NCBI GenBank assembly: GCA_036642535.1
Contig: JAVXTS010000005.1
Location: 27 to 64,026, forward strand
Origin: Eubacterium sp.
Lineage (GTDB): Bacteria; Bacillota; Clostridia; Eubacteriales; Eubacteriaceae
Length of the DNA stretch: 64,000 bases
Reading direction: 5' to 3'
The translations under genes were made by a program, and so were the position numbers. Positions within the stretch are counted from its first letter, which is position 1. The number at the start of each line of letters is the position of its first letter. Positions 21,801 through 31,972 of the stretch are shown piece by piece. Under the pieces are notes generated by a model. It worked only from the letters and a program-made list of their open reading frames with translations. It had not been told where the DNA came from and made no database searches.

Positions 21801-22594
21801 TCTTCACCATATAATTCATCTCGAGTGGCATCGTAACTGTTAAAGACCTTTTCAATAGCTTCGGTAATCGGTCCACATTCAAAATCAATTTTCTCAATAC
21901 ATGTTGAAAAAGTCGTATGTCTACAATGATCCGACCAATAAGTGTCGATAACTTTTAATTCAGTTAAAAGAGGATTGCGTTTTTCATCTTCCTTATAATA
22001 TTTCTGTACAAAGGCAATGTCTGCCTCGCTCATTGCAAAACCCATTTTTTTTCTGTAATTCTCTAAATCTTTTGCACTAAAATCAGTAAAGCCCTCTATC
22101 CTCTCAATATCTGCCGGTTTTTTTATTTTATCCGTCAATGTTTTACGCGCAGATAAATCTGCTTCCTGAGAGTCTACAGGGTTGATCATATACTGTTTAA
22201 TTTTTCTAAGCTCTTCTGAGCTTACTTTACCTTTAACCACAACAATTTTAGCGACTTTAAGTAAGGGTTTTTCTCCTGCAATAATTTGAATACATTGTGC
22301 AGCAGAATCACCATGCTGATCGTACTGACCCGGTAAATATTCAATACCAAAAACCTGTTCTTCTGATGTAAATGATAATTCATTTTCATAAACGTCATCG
22401 ACATTTGGTTCCGAAAAAATGATTTTCTTAATCTGACTAAGAATTTCAAATTCCAAATTTTCCACATCATAACGATAAACAATACGAATGCTTTCAAGAC
22501 CTTCGATTTTCAAAATTCTTTGGAAAGTGCTTGCCAATTCATTAGCTTCAGTATTGAAGCCTGATTTTTTTTCTACAAAAATTCGTTTGATCAC
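18878..22594 (-). CDS. purL: FGAM synthase, large fused clostridial type (PurL plus glutaminase domain)
   Basis: Motifs YWSDHCRH, ETHNHPT, SESQERM, FPGTNC, LGICNGFQ and KMGHSER. Confidence 0.95.
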   Translation of the reverse strand: MIKRIFVEKKSGFNTEANELASTFQRILKIEGLESIRIVYRYDVENLEFEILSQIKKIIFSEPNVDDVYENELSFTSEEQVFGIEYLPGQYDQHGDSAAQCIQIIAGEKPLLKVAKIVVVKGKVSSEELRKIKQYMINPVDSQEADLSARKTLTDKIKKPADIERIEGFTDFSAKDLENYRKKMGFAMSEADIAFVQKYYKEDEKRNPLLTELKVIDTYWSDHCRHTTFSTCIEKIDFECGPITEAIEKVFNSYDATRDELYGEDTERPMTLMDLAVIGTKDVKKRGLVPDLDESEEINACSINIKVDHDGLDEDWLLMFKNETHNHPTEIEPFGGAATCLGGAIRDPLSGRSYVYQAMRLTGAWDPRTPIEETLSGKLPQRKISQEAAHGYSSYGNQIGLATGQVVEVYDPGFLAKRMEVGAVIAATPKENVRRERPVPGDIILLVGGKTGRDGCGGATGSSKAHTEESIHESGAEVQKGNPVEERKIQRLFRNGDLARMIKRCNDFGAGGVSVAIGELAESLDIDLDKVPKKYEGLDGTELAISESQERMAVVVKPENVEQFIAMGNAENLEVTQVATVTDTGRLVMKWRDKEILNLSRAFLDTNGAAQYTDVLVKEPKAIEKKSEKIDFKEKIIAILKDINVASQKGLSEMFDSTIGAGTVVMPFGGKYALTPQDGMSAKIPVIHGDTKTCSIMTYGYNPEIAKWSPFHGGVSCVVESLSKVVAMGGDYKKARLSFQEYFERLNKDPEKWGKPFAALLGAFEAQKALGIPAIGGKDSMSGTFEHRTVPPTIISFAVAPDEVDHIVTAEIKKIGSKLYLFEVVKDDKGLVDYDALAKMYSTIRCLNLEGKILSAKTVGQMGLAETLAKMSFGNKIGIAISDTVAENKLFTPLCGSIVVEVTEKIENAFYIGSTLERSELMYKGTVLELDTLIETWEAPMRSVYPEIKTIEGTVQNVKYIGGSAVKSNEKFTAPQVFIPVFPGTNCEYDTAKAFENAGAMPKTIIFRNRTAEDIKASIKEMAETIRQSQMIMIPGGFSAGDQPDGSGKFIAAVFRNPEIKDAVMDLIKNRDGLMLGICNGFQALIKLGLVPYGEIIDIEPEMPTLTYNTISRHISTIPMTKVVSNLSPWLAGATVGSTYRIPMSHGEGRFIAEESVMKELIEKGQIATQYVDFKGNATMDGHFNPNGSTGAVEGITSADGRIFGKMGHSERIGQGLYKNIPGEKDQQIFRSGVEYFK

Positions 22595-22633
22595 TACTTT
22601 TCCACCTTTATTCAATGATATTCTTATTTTACT

Positions 22634-22677
22634 ATTTCCGAACTTTTATTTCAATACATTTTAAAATGTTCGGAAAT
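22634..22677. promoter_or_regulatory. Pair of inverted PurBoxes (PurR operator) upstream of the pur operon
   Basis: ATTTCCGAACTTT (22634-22646) and AATGTTCGGAAAT (22665-22677) match the Firmicute consensus AWWWCCGAACWWT. Confidence 0.75.
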
Positions 22678-22823
22678 TTTTTTTACAGTAAACATTTTCA
22701 AATTTTTTTCTTAAAAAATGTGTACACACTTCTAAGTTGGGCATATAATTAAAAGATGTTAATGTTTTTATTATAAAATACTGCTATAATAAAAACAACA
22801 TTATGTATTAATTGGAGGTTCTA

Positions 22824-23519
22824 ATGAAAGTTATCTATTTACACCACAGCGGTTTTATTATTGAACTCGAAAAAATGACTCTTATTTTTGATGCAATCAG
22901 TAATATTTCACCCCATTTTTTGAGAAAGGGTCGCAAAAATTATTTTTTTGTTACACACAGCCATAAAGATCATTTTGATCAGAAAATTCTATCTTATGGC
23001 AGTGACTATGATACAACTTATATTTTCAGTGATGATATCGCTGAAAAAAACGGGCGTAATATTCATTATATTGCCCCTTATCAAATGCTAAATTTCCCGG
23101 GAATACAAATAGAAACTTTTGCATCGACTGATCTTGGTGTCTCTTATTTCATTAAAGCAGAAGGGAAAAATATCTTTCATTCCGGCGATTTAAACTGGTG
23201 GGACTGGGATACTAAAATACGACCTAATATTAATCCCGAAATTGAAGAACGTGATTTTAAAATGATCATTAAAAAAATTGAACTCCAGTCTAAAGAGCAT
23301 CAAATTGATGTCGCTTTTGTTCCTGTCGATCCCCGTCTTGGCGGTTCTGCTTATCGTGCCGCCGAATATTTTATAAACATTCTTAAACCTAAGATCTTAA
23401 TTCCAATGCATTTTTGGGAAGATTTTTCAGTCATAAAAACACTCCATGACCGTGAAATCGATTCTGATACAATTATCCCACTTTTTGAGGACCGCAATAA
23501 AGTCATCGGAAATTACTAA
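22824..23519 (+). CDS. Metallo-beta-lactamase-fold hydrolase
   Basis: Motifs THSHKDHF, FHSGDLNWW and PMHFW; RBS GGAGG before ATG at 22824. Confidence 0.85.
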   Translation: MKVIYLHHSGFIIELEKMTLIFDAISNISPHFLRKGRKNYFFVTHSHKDHFDQKILSYGSDYDTTYIFSDDIAEKNGRNIHYIAPYQMLNFPGIQIETFASTDLGVSYFIKAEGKNIFHSGDLNWWDWDTKIRPNINPEIEERDFKMIIKKIELQSKEHQIDVAFVPVDPRLGGSAYRAAEYFINILKPKILIPMHFWEDFSVIKTLHDREIDSDTIIPLFEDRNKVIGNY

Positions 23520-23561
23520 TGTGATCCAAGAAACTGCACTTTATTGATGTAGTTTCTTTTT

Positions 23562-24515
23562 TTATTCTTCGTTTCGCAAATTTTCAGCTAATTGATTTAA
23601 TTTTTTCAAGCGATGATAAACACCTGATTTTCCAACAGGTGGATCCATTTTTTCCCCTAGCTCTTTGATTGTCAAATCCCGATAATTTAGACGTACTTCT
23701 GCCATTTCATATAAATTTCTGGTCAGTTTTTGAAGTCCTATTTTTTCTTTAATATACAAGATATCATGAATCTGTTCATACGCCGCAGTCATTGTTTTAT
23801 CCATATTAGCCATTTCACAGTTTACCTGTCGATTAACATCATTACGGACTTCTTTTACAATGCGAATATTCTCAATTTCCAGTAAAGCTTTATGTGCACC
23901 AATTACATTTAAAAAACCGGCAACACTTTCACTTTCTTTCATATACAATACATAACTCGATTTTCTTTGAATCAAATTAGCCTTAATATCATAATGTGTC
24001 AACAACTCTTGAATGCTTTTCAAATATCCCTTTTGTTTGGCAACAAGCTCCAAATGATATGTTTTTTCCGGATTTGAAATTGAACCGCAGGCAATAAAAA
24101 CGCCTCTCACATAGGCTTTGACATAACGCTGTTTTGAAATAAAAAATCCCGGTACTTCGTTTGTAAAAAAAACTTGTCCCTTAGTATTATGCTTAAGAAT
24201 GCGTGTATCTTTGAGCATTCGTTGAACTTTTTCATTTTCTGAAAGTTCTACACTATATGAACGGTGTTCTTTAAATTTTTTTGTTTTTTTAATCACAACT
24301 TTAGACGCTGTTTGATATAAGTCTTTTATTAATTTGAAAATCCGCCCTGCAACTGCCGGATTTTCAGTTTTTACCGTAAAGACCATTTCTCCATTTTCAT
24401 CAACTGTAATCAAAGCTGTCGATGCAATAATTCCTGATAATTCAGCTCTTTTGCAACCTTTTGTTTCCGATTCCAGTGAACTAAGATCTTTTTTTATTTC
24501 AGATGAAAAGCTCAT
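23562..24515 (-). CDS. whiA: DNA-binding protein WhiA
   Basis: Motifs MSFSSEIK, GSISNPEKTYHLE, VNRQVNCEMAN and GKSGVYHRL; rapZ-yvcK-whiA context. Confidence 0.93.
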   Translation of the reverse strand: MSFSSEIKKDLSSLESETKGCKRAELSGIIASTALITVDENGEMVFTVKTENPAVAGRIFKLIKDLYQTASKVVIKKTKKFKEHRSYSVELSENEKVQRMLKDTRILKHNTKGQVFFTNEVPGFFISKQRYVKAYVRGVFIACGSISNPEKTYHLELVAKQKGYLKSIQELLTHYDIKANLIQRKSSYVLYMKESESVAGFLNVIGAHKALLEIENIRIVKEVRNDVNRQVNCEMANMDKTMTAAYEQIHDILYIKEKIGLQKLTRNLYEMAEVRLNYRDLTIKELGEKMDPPVGKSGVYHRLKKLNQLAENLRNEE

Positions 24516-24547
24516 CTACCACTTCCTCCCCACATATTACCAATATA

Positions 24548-25558
24548 TTATTTTACATATATTTCAAATATTCGCCGTGCCAGCAAATCTGCATCGTGAC
24601 GAATGCGCCCATCTTCCACCATAATAAAATCATCTTCAATATATTCGTAATCTTCTAATCGTTCGCCGATTTCTACTTTTTTCGCCTTAAATTTTTTATA
24701 TTTTCCGCTAATATTTGTTGGCAAATCACCATTATTAACTACTGCATAATTAAAAAGTTTACGATCCTTATTTTTCTGATGTAGCTCAAGTGTTTGAATA
24801 TGTTCTCGCTGAGTATACGTATCTGTTTCACCCGGTTGCGTCATAATGTTACCAATATAAAATTTTCGTCCTCTGTTATCTTCCACTGCACGTTCAATAC
24901 CGTTTACCAGAAGATTAGGGATCACACTGGTATAAAGACTACCTGGACCAATAATAATAATATCTGCACTTTTAATGGCTTCAACTGTTTCTGGCAACGG
25001 TTCGATTCTACCCGTTTTTAAAAAAATTTCTTTAATTTTGCATTCTGCATGTTCTGCAGCTTTAGGTATATGCGATTCACCTTCTACAATCATTTCATTT
25101 TCAAGGCGTCCCATCAAAATCATATCATCCAATGTTACGGGAAGAACGCGACCTTTAATTTGCAAAACATCGGATGTCCGACGAACTGCATCAAAAAAAT
25201 CTTGGCTGATACCATCCATCGCTGCTAAAAACAAGTTACCAAAATTATGCCCCTCAAGGCCACCTTCTGTAAAACGATAACTAAATAATGACTGCATCAC
25301 ATTTTCATCATCAGCCAATGCTAAAATACAATTTCTAATATCACCCGGAGGTAACATTCCTAAATCTTCACGGAGCATACCGGAACTTCCGCCGTCATCA
25401 CCAACAGTTACAACTGCCGTTAAACGATTGGTATATTTTTTAAGCCCTCTCAAAATAACCGATAAACCAGTGCCACCACCGATAGCAACAACCTTTGGAT
25501 TGCGAGCGGCGACAATATCTTTTAATGTAAATTCTCTAATATATTCTCTCATTTCCAT
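24548..25558 (-). CDS. yvcK: YvcK/GlmR-family gluconeogenesis factor
   Basis: Motifs IGGGTGL, DDGGSSG, PPGDIRN and GPGSLYTS. Confidence 0.93.
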   Translation of the reverse strand: MEMREYIREFTLKDIVAARNPKVVAIGGGTGLSVILRGLKKYTNRLTAVVTVGDDGGSSGMLREDLGMLPPGDIRNCILALADDENVMQSLFSYRFTEGGLEGHNFGNLFLAAMDGISQDFFDAVRRTSDVLQIKGRVLPVTLDDMILMGRLENEMIVEGESHIPKAAEHAECKIKEIFLKTGRIEPLPETVEAIKSADIIIIGPGSLYTSVIPNLLVNGIERAVEDNRGRKFYIGNIMTQPGETDTYTQREHIQTLELHQKNKDRKLFNYAVVNNGDLPTNISGKYKKFKAKKVEIGERLEDYEYIEDDFIMVEDGRIRHDADLLARRIFEIYVK

Positions 25559-25583
25559 TGAAATTTCCTCTAAATCGATCGGC

Positions 25584-26456
25584 TTAGTTTGCTTCTCGAT
25601 CTTTCATAATATCACGATGACTAATTTTTGTTTGATAGCCCTTTTTTCTAAAAGCTTCTTCAACTAAATAGGCGAATGTAACGGAACGATGCTGTCCACC
25701 AGTACACCCAAAAGCCACTTCAAAATGTTCTTTTCCTACTTTTCTATATTGTGGGATTACAAATTCAATCAGATCTTCTATTTTCTCATAAAATTGTCTT
25801 GCCTCTTCAAAAGACATCACATAATCCCGAACTTCTATGTCATTACCGGTTTTACTACGAAGCTCTTTTTTATAAAACGGATTTGGCAAAAATCGAACAT
25901 CAAAAACAAAGTCCGCACTCATGGGAGGACCGTATTTAAAACCAAAAGATGCCACATTAACCTGAGTAAATACTTCTTCCTCCTCCGATTCAAGAATCTG
26001 CTGAATGGCTGCTCTTAATTCTTTGTTACTCATACCCGTTGTATTAATGGTAAAATCTGTTTCTTGTCTAAAGGAACTCATTTTTTCCCGTTCCAATTTA
26101 ATAGATTCAGATAAACTTCCCGCAATACTTGATAATGGATGTTTTCGTCTTGATTCCTGATAACGGGCTATTAAAGTTTCATCATCAGCATCAAGAAACA
26201 ACATCTCTATATCTTTATGATCTTGCTTAAATCCAATAAGAGATGCCTGGAATTTTTCGGAAAATATATCTCCACGAATATCCGTCACTAGTGCTAGTTT
26301 TTCAATTTCAGCGCCGGTATTTTTACATAGTTCTACAAAAGTTTTAATTAATTTTGGAGGCAAGTTATCAATACAAAAATAACCTAGATCTTCTAAGATA
26401 TGAATGGCTTGGGATTTTCCTGCGCCTGACAACCCCGTGACGATTAGTGTTTTCAT
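25584..26456 (-). CDS. rapZ: RapZ/YvcJ P-loop nucleotide-binding protein
   Basis: Motifs GLSGAGKS, DNLPP, SFGFKYG, DVRFLPNP and GCTGGQHRSV. Confidence 0.95.
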   Translation of the reverse strand: MKTLIVTGLSGAGKSQAIHILEDLGYFCIDNLPPKLIKTFVELCKNTGAEIEKLALVTDIRGDIFSEKFQASLIGFKQDHKDIEMLFLDADDETLIARYQESRRKHPLSSIAGSLSESIKLEREKMSSFRQETDFTINTTGMSNKELRAAIQQILESEEEEVFTQVNVASFGFKYGPPMSADFVFDVRFLPNPFYKKELRSKTGNDIEVRDYVMSFEEARQFYEKIEDLIEFVIPQYRKVGKEHFEVAFGCTGGQHRSVTFAYLVEEAFRKKGYQTKISHRDIMKDREAN

Positions 26457-26472
26457 GATTTCTCCTTCAATT

Positions 26473-27207
26473 TTATTTTTTTATCACATTGATAATACGT
26501 TCCAGTGGAACGCCTGCTTCTTTTATTGTTGCTTCTGCACAACTTATATTACCAAGTGACTGTATATTATGAGCATCACTATTTATTGCAAATTTAACAT
26601 CATACTTCAACGCAATCTTTAGTTCATCTACATTCAAATGGCTGTGTCTCGGATTGATTTCAAGAATCACACCCCGTTCAGCAGCCTTCTTCGCAATCGG
26701 TTCAATATCAATCGGTAATTTATCGCCTGGATGTGTAATCATTTTTAAATCATATCGATCCATCATTTTTAAGTATGTCTCTGTATTCACAGCTTTTGTT
26801 TTTTTTCGCATAAATGGAAAAACTTTAGTCAAATAATTTCGTAATGCAAAATGAAATAAATCTTTAAAAGAAGCTGGTATGTAGCCATAATGATATCCTG
26901 CATAAATCCAGTCGCAATACATTTTCTCTTCTTCTTTAATATCAATGTTTCCATCTGCACCAATGATATTTGATTCCACTGATAAATATACTTGAATATC
27001 ATCGTATTTTTCATTCAATGCGTTAATTTCCCGGCGCATTTTAACAAAATTCTTTTTTCGCACACCAAAAGCAGGATGACTTCGTCCATGATCGGAAATC
27101 ACAATGGCTTCAAGCCCTATACTACGTGCCTGTTCAACCATCTCTTCAATCGTATTTTTACCATGACTATACGTGGTGTGTGTGTGCATATCACAAACTA
27201 ATCTCAT
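26473..27207 (-). CDS. PHP-family phosphoesterase
   Basis: Motifs DMHTHT, SDHG and NSDAH. Confidence 0.85.
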   Translation of the reverse strand: MRLVCDMHTHTTYSHGKNTIEEMVEQARSIGLEAIVISDHGRSHPAFGVRKKNFVKMRREINALNEKYDDIQVYLSVESNIIGADGNIDIKEEEKMYCDWIYAGYHYGYIPASFKDLFHFALRNYLTKVFPFMRKKTKAVNTETYLKMMDRYDLKMITHPGDKLPIDIEPIAKKAAERGVILEINPRHSHLNVDELKIALKYDVKFAINSDAHNIQSLGNISCAEATIKEAGVPLERIINVIKK

Positions 27208-28115
27208 TATTCTCCTATCATGATTACTTCAGTATGCATATCCACACCAAAGTCAGCCTTTACTTTTTTCTGGATTATTTCAATGAGGTTAATAATATCC
27301 GCAGCAGTGGCATTATTTTTATTGATAACAAAACCACTATGTTTTTCCGATACCTGAGCACCACCCAGTATATAACCTTTGAAACCACAATCCTGAACGA
27401 GTTTTCCTGCAAAAAAACCTTCCGGCCGTCTAAACGTACTGCCGGCACTTGGATATTCAAGAGGTTGCTTTTCACTTCTTCTCCCATTAAGATCATCCAT
27501 TTTTTCCCTAATGATATTGTAATCCCCTTTTCTTAACCGCAAGTTAACTTTTGTGATATACCAACCTTTTTCCTGTACAAGACTCGTTCTGTAACTCATA
27601 CAGCATTCATTAATTAAAAGTTTCTTTTCTTCTCCCTTATCGGTAATTACTTCAATTGATTCAATAATATCTTTCATTTCTCCGTCATAAGCACCGGCAT
27701 TCATTACTGCCGCACCACCCAATGATCCCGGAATACCGGAAGCAAATTCCATGCCGGACAAGTTGTTTTCAAGCGCCTTTTGTGCCACATCTTTAAGAAG
27801 TGCTCCGGGCTCTGCAATAATAGTATCATCTTCAACAAAAATATGATCAAAATGACGCATTTTAATAATGACTCCACGATATCCTTTATCTCTCACTAAT
27901 AAATTGCTGCCGTTTCCCATGACATAAAAAGAAATAGCATTTTCTCTGCAACATTTCAATATTTCCTTAAATTCATCACAATTTTCAGGTAAAACTAAAA
28001 AATCTGCAGGTCCTCCAACTTTAAAAGATATATGATTTTTCATCGGTTCATCGAACCGTATTTTATCTATAGTGATAATCTCTGATAATTTATTTTTAAT
28101 CGCTTGTTTTTCCAT
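27207..28115 (-). CDS. murB: UDP-N-acetylenolpyruvoylglucosamine reductase
   Basis: Motifs GNGSNLL, GIPGSLGG, MNAGAY and PSAGSTF. Confidence 0.96.
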   Translation of the reverse strand: MEKQAIKNKLSEIITIDKIRFDEPMKNHISFKVGGPADFLVLPENCDEFKEILKCCRENAISFYVMGNGSNLLVRDKGYRGVIIKMRHFDHIFVEDDTIIAEPGALLKDVAQKALENNLSGMEFASGIPGSLGGAAVMNAGAYDGEMKDIIESIEVITDKGEEKKLLINECCMSYRTSLVQEKGWYITKVNLRLRKGDYNIIREKMDDLNGRRSEKQPLEYPSAGSTFRRPEGFFAGKLVQDCGFKGYILGGAQVSEKHSGFVINKNNATAADIINLIEIIQKKVKADFGVDMHTEVIMIGE

Positions 28116-28211
28116 ATTCTTTATTAATTCCTTCCAAGATTATTCGTTTTATTATACCATAAATTTTCCTATGATTATATTAAAAAAATAATGCTTTTCC
28201 TGGCAACTAAA

Positions 28212-28239
28212 AAAGCTATCTCGAATCTGAGATAGCTTT
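28212..28239 (-). terminator. Terminator after the HIT gene
   Basis: AAAGCTATCTC-N6-GAGATAGCTTT with a T-run on the minus strand. Confidence 0.65.
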
Positions 28240-28261
28240 ATCTTGTTTTTTCAACTATTTA

Positions 28262-28606
28262 TCAACCCGGTGGCCACTGCATAGAACGTCCGCCTAATAA
28301 GTGATAATGCAAATGTGGTACTGTTTGTCCACCATCTTTACCGCAATTGTTAACTAACCTAAAACCACTATCTGCAATTCCCAGTTTTAAAACTAAGCGA
28401 TTTGCAACAGTATGAATATGACTGATAATATCATTTCCCGCCGGTATAGAAAGAATCGATTCAAAATGTTCCTTCGGGATAATCACCACATGAATTGGTG
28501 CTTGTGGATCAATGTCATTAAATGCCAATACCTGATCATCTTCATAAACAATGGTCGATGGAATTTCTTCTTTAGCTATTTTACAAAAAATACAATTTTC
28601 AGACAT
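28262..28606 (-). CDS. Histidine triad (HinT-like) protein
   Basis: Motifs CIFCKI, GQTVPHLHYHLLGGR and WPPG. Confidence 0.93.
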   Translation of the reverse strand: MSENCIFCKIAKEEIPSTIVYEDDQVLAFNDIDPQAPIHVVIIPKEHFESILSIPAGNDIISHIHTVANRLVLKLGIADSGFRLVNNCGKDGGQTVPHLHYHLLGGRSMQWPPG

Positions 28607-28622
28607 AAATCTTCCCCCTTTC

Positions 28623-29978
28623 TTAAATGAGTTTTCCCGTTACCTGATATTTCTCTTTATATAATAGCTCAATATTCATAATATTACCATTAATTTTTTG
28701 ATCCGTCTTAAGAATAACAGGAATATAATGTGGTGTATGCCCTTCATAAACGCCATCTTCTTTTGATTGCTCGAAAAGAACTTCACATTGTAATCCGTTA
28801 TTTTCTTTTAAAAATTCACGTTCATATAATTTTGCGAGTTTTATTAAACGACTACTACGTTCATGCTTGATCGTTTCATCTACCTGTTCCTGAAAACCAT
28901 CCGCCTTCGTTCCCCGTCGTCTCGAATATTTAAAAACATGTACTTGATAAAAACGAATCTTTTTTACAAAGTCCAACGTTTCTTGAAATTCTTCTTCCGT
29001 CTCACCTGGAAAACCCACCATAATATCCGTCGTAATAGATGAATGCTTAAAATAGTGGCGTACACGTTTTACAATCTCTGCATATTGGTGCGTTGTATAA
29101 TGGCGTCCCATTCTTTTAAGTACAGTATCGCAACCGCTTTGTAATGATAAATGAAATTGAGGACAAAATTGATTAATTTGAGCCAATCCTTTTACAAATG
29201 TTTCTGTTAGAAGTAATGGTTCAAGAGATCCTAATCGAATTCGTTTAAGACCCTCCACCGCACTAACTGCACGAATTAAATCCAACAAATCAATCTCACC
29301 TTTAAGATCTACACCATAAGAAGCAATATGTATTCCCGTTAAAACCACTTCAAAATAACCATGCGCTACAACACGTTGAACTTCTGCAACCACTGCCTTT
29401 AGATCTCTGCTACGCACCGGACCTCTCGCGAAGGGAACAATACAATACGTACAAAATTGACTGCATCCTTCTTGAATTTTTAAAAATGCACGCGTTCTAC
29501 CTTTTGTTTCAGTAATATTTAAATCTTCATACTGATGATCTTGCATAATATCCGAAACAAAGTCATTTTGAGATTTATCTTGCTGATAAGCTTCCACATA
29601 TCGAACAATCTCTGCTCTTTTCTGCGTACCAATAATTAAATCAACTTCTTCAATTGCTTTTACCTCTTCCGGCGCTACTTGTACATAACATCCGACTGCA
29701 ACAATGACTGCTTTCGGATTCATTCGTTTTGCTTTTCGCATCATATTACGTGATTTTCGATCGCCCAAATGGGTTACTGTACATGTATTAATTACATAAA
29801 CATCGGCACAATCTGAAAAATCAACAATTTTATATTTAGCCGCTTCAAAAATTTCCATCATTGCTTCTGTATCGTAAGAATTCACCTTACACCCAAGCGT
29901 TGAAAATGCTACACGTTTTCTATTTTCTTCGATATTTTCATTTGTTTTTTTATTTTTTTCATTCAAATTTTCAATCAT
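28623..29978 (-). CDS. mtaB: tRNA t6A37 methylthiotransferase
   Basis: Motifs TLGCKVN, INTCTVT and radical-SAM CSQFCTYC; prmA-rsmE-mtaB context. Confidence 0.92.
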   Translation of the reverse strand: MIENLNEKNKKTNENIEENRKRVAFSTLGCKVNSYDTEAMMEIFEAAKYKIVDFSDCADVYVINTCTVTHLGDRKSRNMMRKAKRMNPKAVIVAVGCYVQVAPEEVKAIEEVDLIIGTQKRAEIVRYVEAYQQDKSQNDFVSDIMQDHQYEDLNITETKGRTRAFLKIQEGCSQFCTYCIVPFARGPVRSRDLKAVVAEVQRVVAHGYFEVVLTGIHIASYGVDLKGEIDLLDLIRAVSAVEGLKRIRLGSLEPLLLTETFVKGLAQINQFCPQFHLSLQSGCDTVLKRMGRHYTTHQYAEIVKRVRHYFKHSSITTDIMVGFPGETEEEFQETLDFVKKIRFYQVHVFKYSRRRGTKADGFQEQVDETIKHERSSRLIKLAKLYEREFLKENNGLQCEVLFEQSKEDGVYEGHTPHYIPVILKTDQKINGNIMNIELLYKEKYQVTGKLI

Positions 29979-30037
29979 ATTATTTCCTTAAAATCAAATT
30001 TGTACCGATTTTATGACTCCTTTTTTATAAATCCTAT

Positions 30038-30772
30038 TTATTCATAAAAGAAATTCAACTGTGCCAATAAAACCACACCGGCTGTTTCTGTTCTCAAAAT
30101 ACGTTTTCCAAGAGAAACTGAATAGCCACCACATTCCTCAATCATTTCAATTTCTTCAGGCGCAAATCCACCTTCGGGGCCGATAATAACTGCGACTGTT
30201 TTCGGGTCAAATTCCAATGATGAAAGCACATCTTTTAAACTTTGATCTTTTTCACTTTCATACGCTACTAAAACCAAATCATAATCATCGAGCATATTCA
30301 CAATGTCATTTAGCGCCATTGGTTCGTTAACAATTGGAACAATTCCCCTTTTCGATTGTTTGGCTGCTTCATAAGAAATGCGCTGCCAACGTAAAACCTT
30401 TTTATCTTGCTTATCTTTTATTTGAACGACCGTTCGTTCTGAAGCAAAGGGAACAATACTTTGAACTCCTGTTTCCACTGTTTTTTGGATAATGGTCTCC
30501 ATTTTTGACCCTTTTGGCAATCCCTGAAAAAGCGTCACTATACTCTTTTCTATTTCACCTCTTGACCGATAACTTTCTAAAATTTTTCCAATCAAAAAAT
30601 CTTTATCAACTGATTCAATAACGACAATATAGTCTGTTCCTCTACCATCACTAACCTCTATAGACTCGCCATTTTTCAATCTCAATACACGAGTGATATG
30701 TTTAAAATCCTCTCCGTTTATGATCACATTTCCATCTTCTATCTGATCCGGCTTTACAAAAAAACGATGCAT
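30038..30772 (-). CDS. rsmE: 16S rRNA m3U1498 methyltransferase
   Basis: Motifs HITRVLR, IGPEGGF and LGKRILRTETA. Confidence 0.95.
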   Translation of the reverse strand: MHRFFVKPDQIEDGNVIINGEDFKHITRVLRLKNGESIEVSDGRGTDYIVVIESVDKDFLIGKILESYRSRGEIEKSIVTLFQGLPKGSKMETIIQKTVETGVQSIVPFASERTVVQIKDKQDKKVLRWQRISYEAAKQSKRGIVPIVNEPMALNDIVNMLDDYDLVLVAYESEKDQSLKDVLSSLEFDPKTVAVIIGPEGGFAPEEIEMIEECGGYSVSLGKRILRTETAGVVLLAQLNFFYE

Positions 30773-30783
30773 CAATCATACTC

Positions 30784-31728
30784 CTATTTATTCAAATGAG
30801 CAACAACACTATGCCATTCACCCATCTGCTCAATTTTCGTAACTATAAAATCTGCTTTTGTTAATGCTTCAATAACTGCTTCTAATCGGTCATGAATAAT
30901 TCCAGATGAAATAAAAACGCCACCCCTTTTTAAATAAGGCTTAATGATCTGACTCAACTCAATAATCGCCTCCGCTAAAATATTAGCAACTATGACATCT
31001 GCTTTTTCATCTACTCCAATAACATCCAATAAATTACCTTCTCGGATTTCAATTTTGGGGGTCATTCCATTAAGGTTAATATTTTCTCTAGCCACTTTGA
31101 CTGCCACAGGATCAAAATCAACACCAATTACTTTTTCACAACCTAATTCTGCTGCAATAATTGACAAAATTCCAGTCCCACAGCCAATATCTAACACCAG
31201 ATCTCCCGGATTAATATTATCTTCTAGTTTACTGACACAAAGCTGTGTTGTTTCATGGGTCCCTGTTCCAAAAGCCATTCCCGGATCCATATTAACTACA
31301 ATTTCATCATCTTCAGATGTATATGGTTCCCACGTTGGCTTAATCACAATACTTTTACCAATCTTTGTTGGTTTATAGTATTTTTTCCATGAATTCGCCC
31401 AATCATCTTCTTCCATTTCTGTAATTGCCAATTCACATTCTCCCGGATTCAACCCATATCCCGGTAATTTTTTAATTCCAGTCAATAGCTGATGAATACA
31501 TTCATCACAATCTAATTCGTTACTAAAATAACCACGAACAATTGAAGTATCCGGATCGATATTAAGCAAACTTTCATCAATATAGTTTACCGTTGGATCT
31601 TCTTTCACCACTACCAAATTATCCGTTGATTCAATCGCAACACCTTTTGCACCAACCTCATAAAATAAATTAATGACTGCTTCTTCTGCTTCCAGCGTTG
31701 TTGTAATTTGTACTTCAATCCAAGTCAT
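30784..31728 (-). CDS. prmA: Ribosomal protein L11 methyltransferase
   Basis: Motifs DPGMAFGTGTHETT, DIGCGTGIL and VANILA. Confidence 0.95.
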   Translation of the reverse strand: MTWIEVQITTTLEAEEAVINLFYEVGAKGVAIESTDNLVVVKEDPTVNYIDESLLNIDPDTSIVRGYFSNELDCDECIHQLLTGIKKLPGYGLNPGECELAITEMEEDDWANSWKKYYKPTKIGKSIVIKPTWEPYTSEDDEIVVNMDPGMAFGTGTHETTQLCVSKLEDNINPGDLVLDIGCGTGILSIIAAELGCEKVIGVDFDPVAVKVARENINLNGMTPKIEIREGNLLDVIGVDEKADVIVANILAEAIIELSQIIKPYLKRGGVFISSGIIHDRLEAVIEALTKADFIVTKIEQMGEWHSVVAHLNK

Positions 31729-31972
31729 GTATTACCTCCATCAGCTCATTTTGTTTAGCCTTATTATAATATGCTTTAGGGTTATAATCTAGCATAAGCT
31801 ATAAGTTTAACCGATTTTCGTTTAAAAATAAAGTCCTCATTAAGAAATAATGTTTAAATAGAAGTTTCTTGCTCCTTTAAAGTAAAATCTTGTTTCTTGC
31901 TATAACGATATTCAAATTAATGGTATAATACTTATATTATTTAACTACATAATTTAAAGGAGACTTTGATCA

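Noticed and set aside
31930-31972. ANTAR/EutV dual-hairpin or B12 riboswitch upstream of eutS
   Set aside because: The predicted leader is only about 40 nt, AT-rich and has no hairpins.
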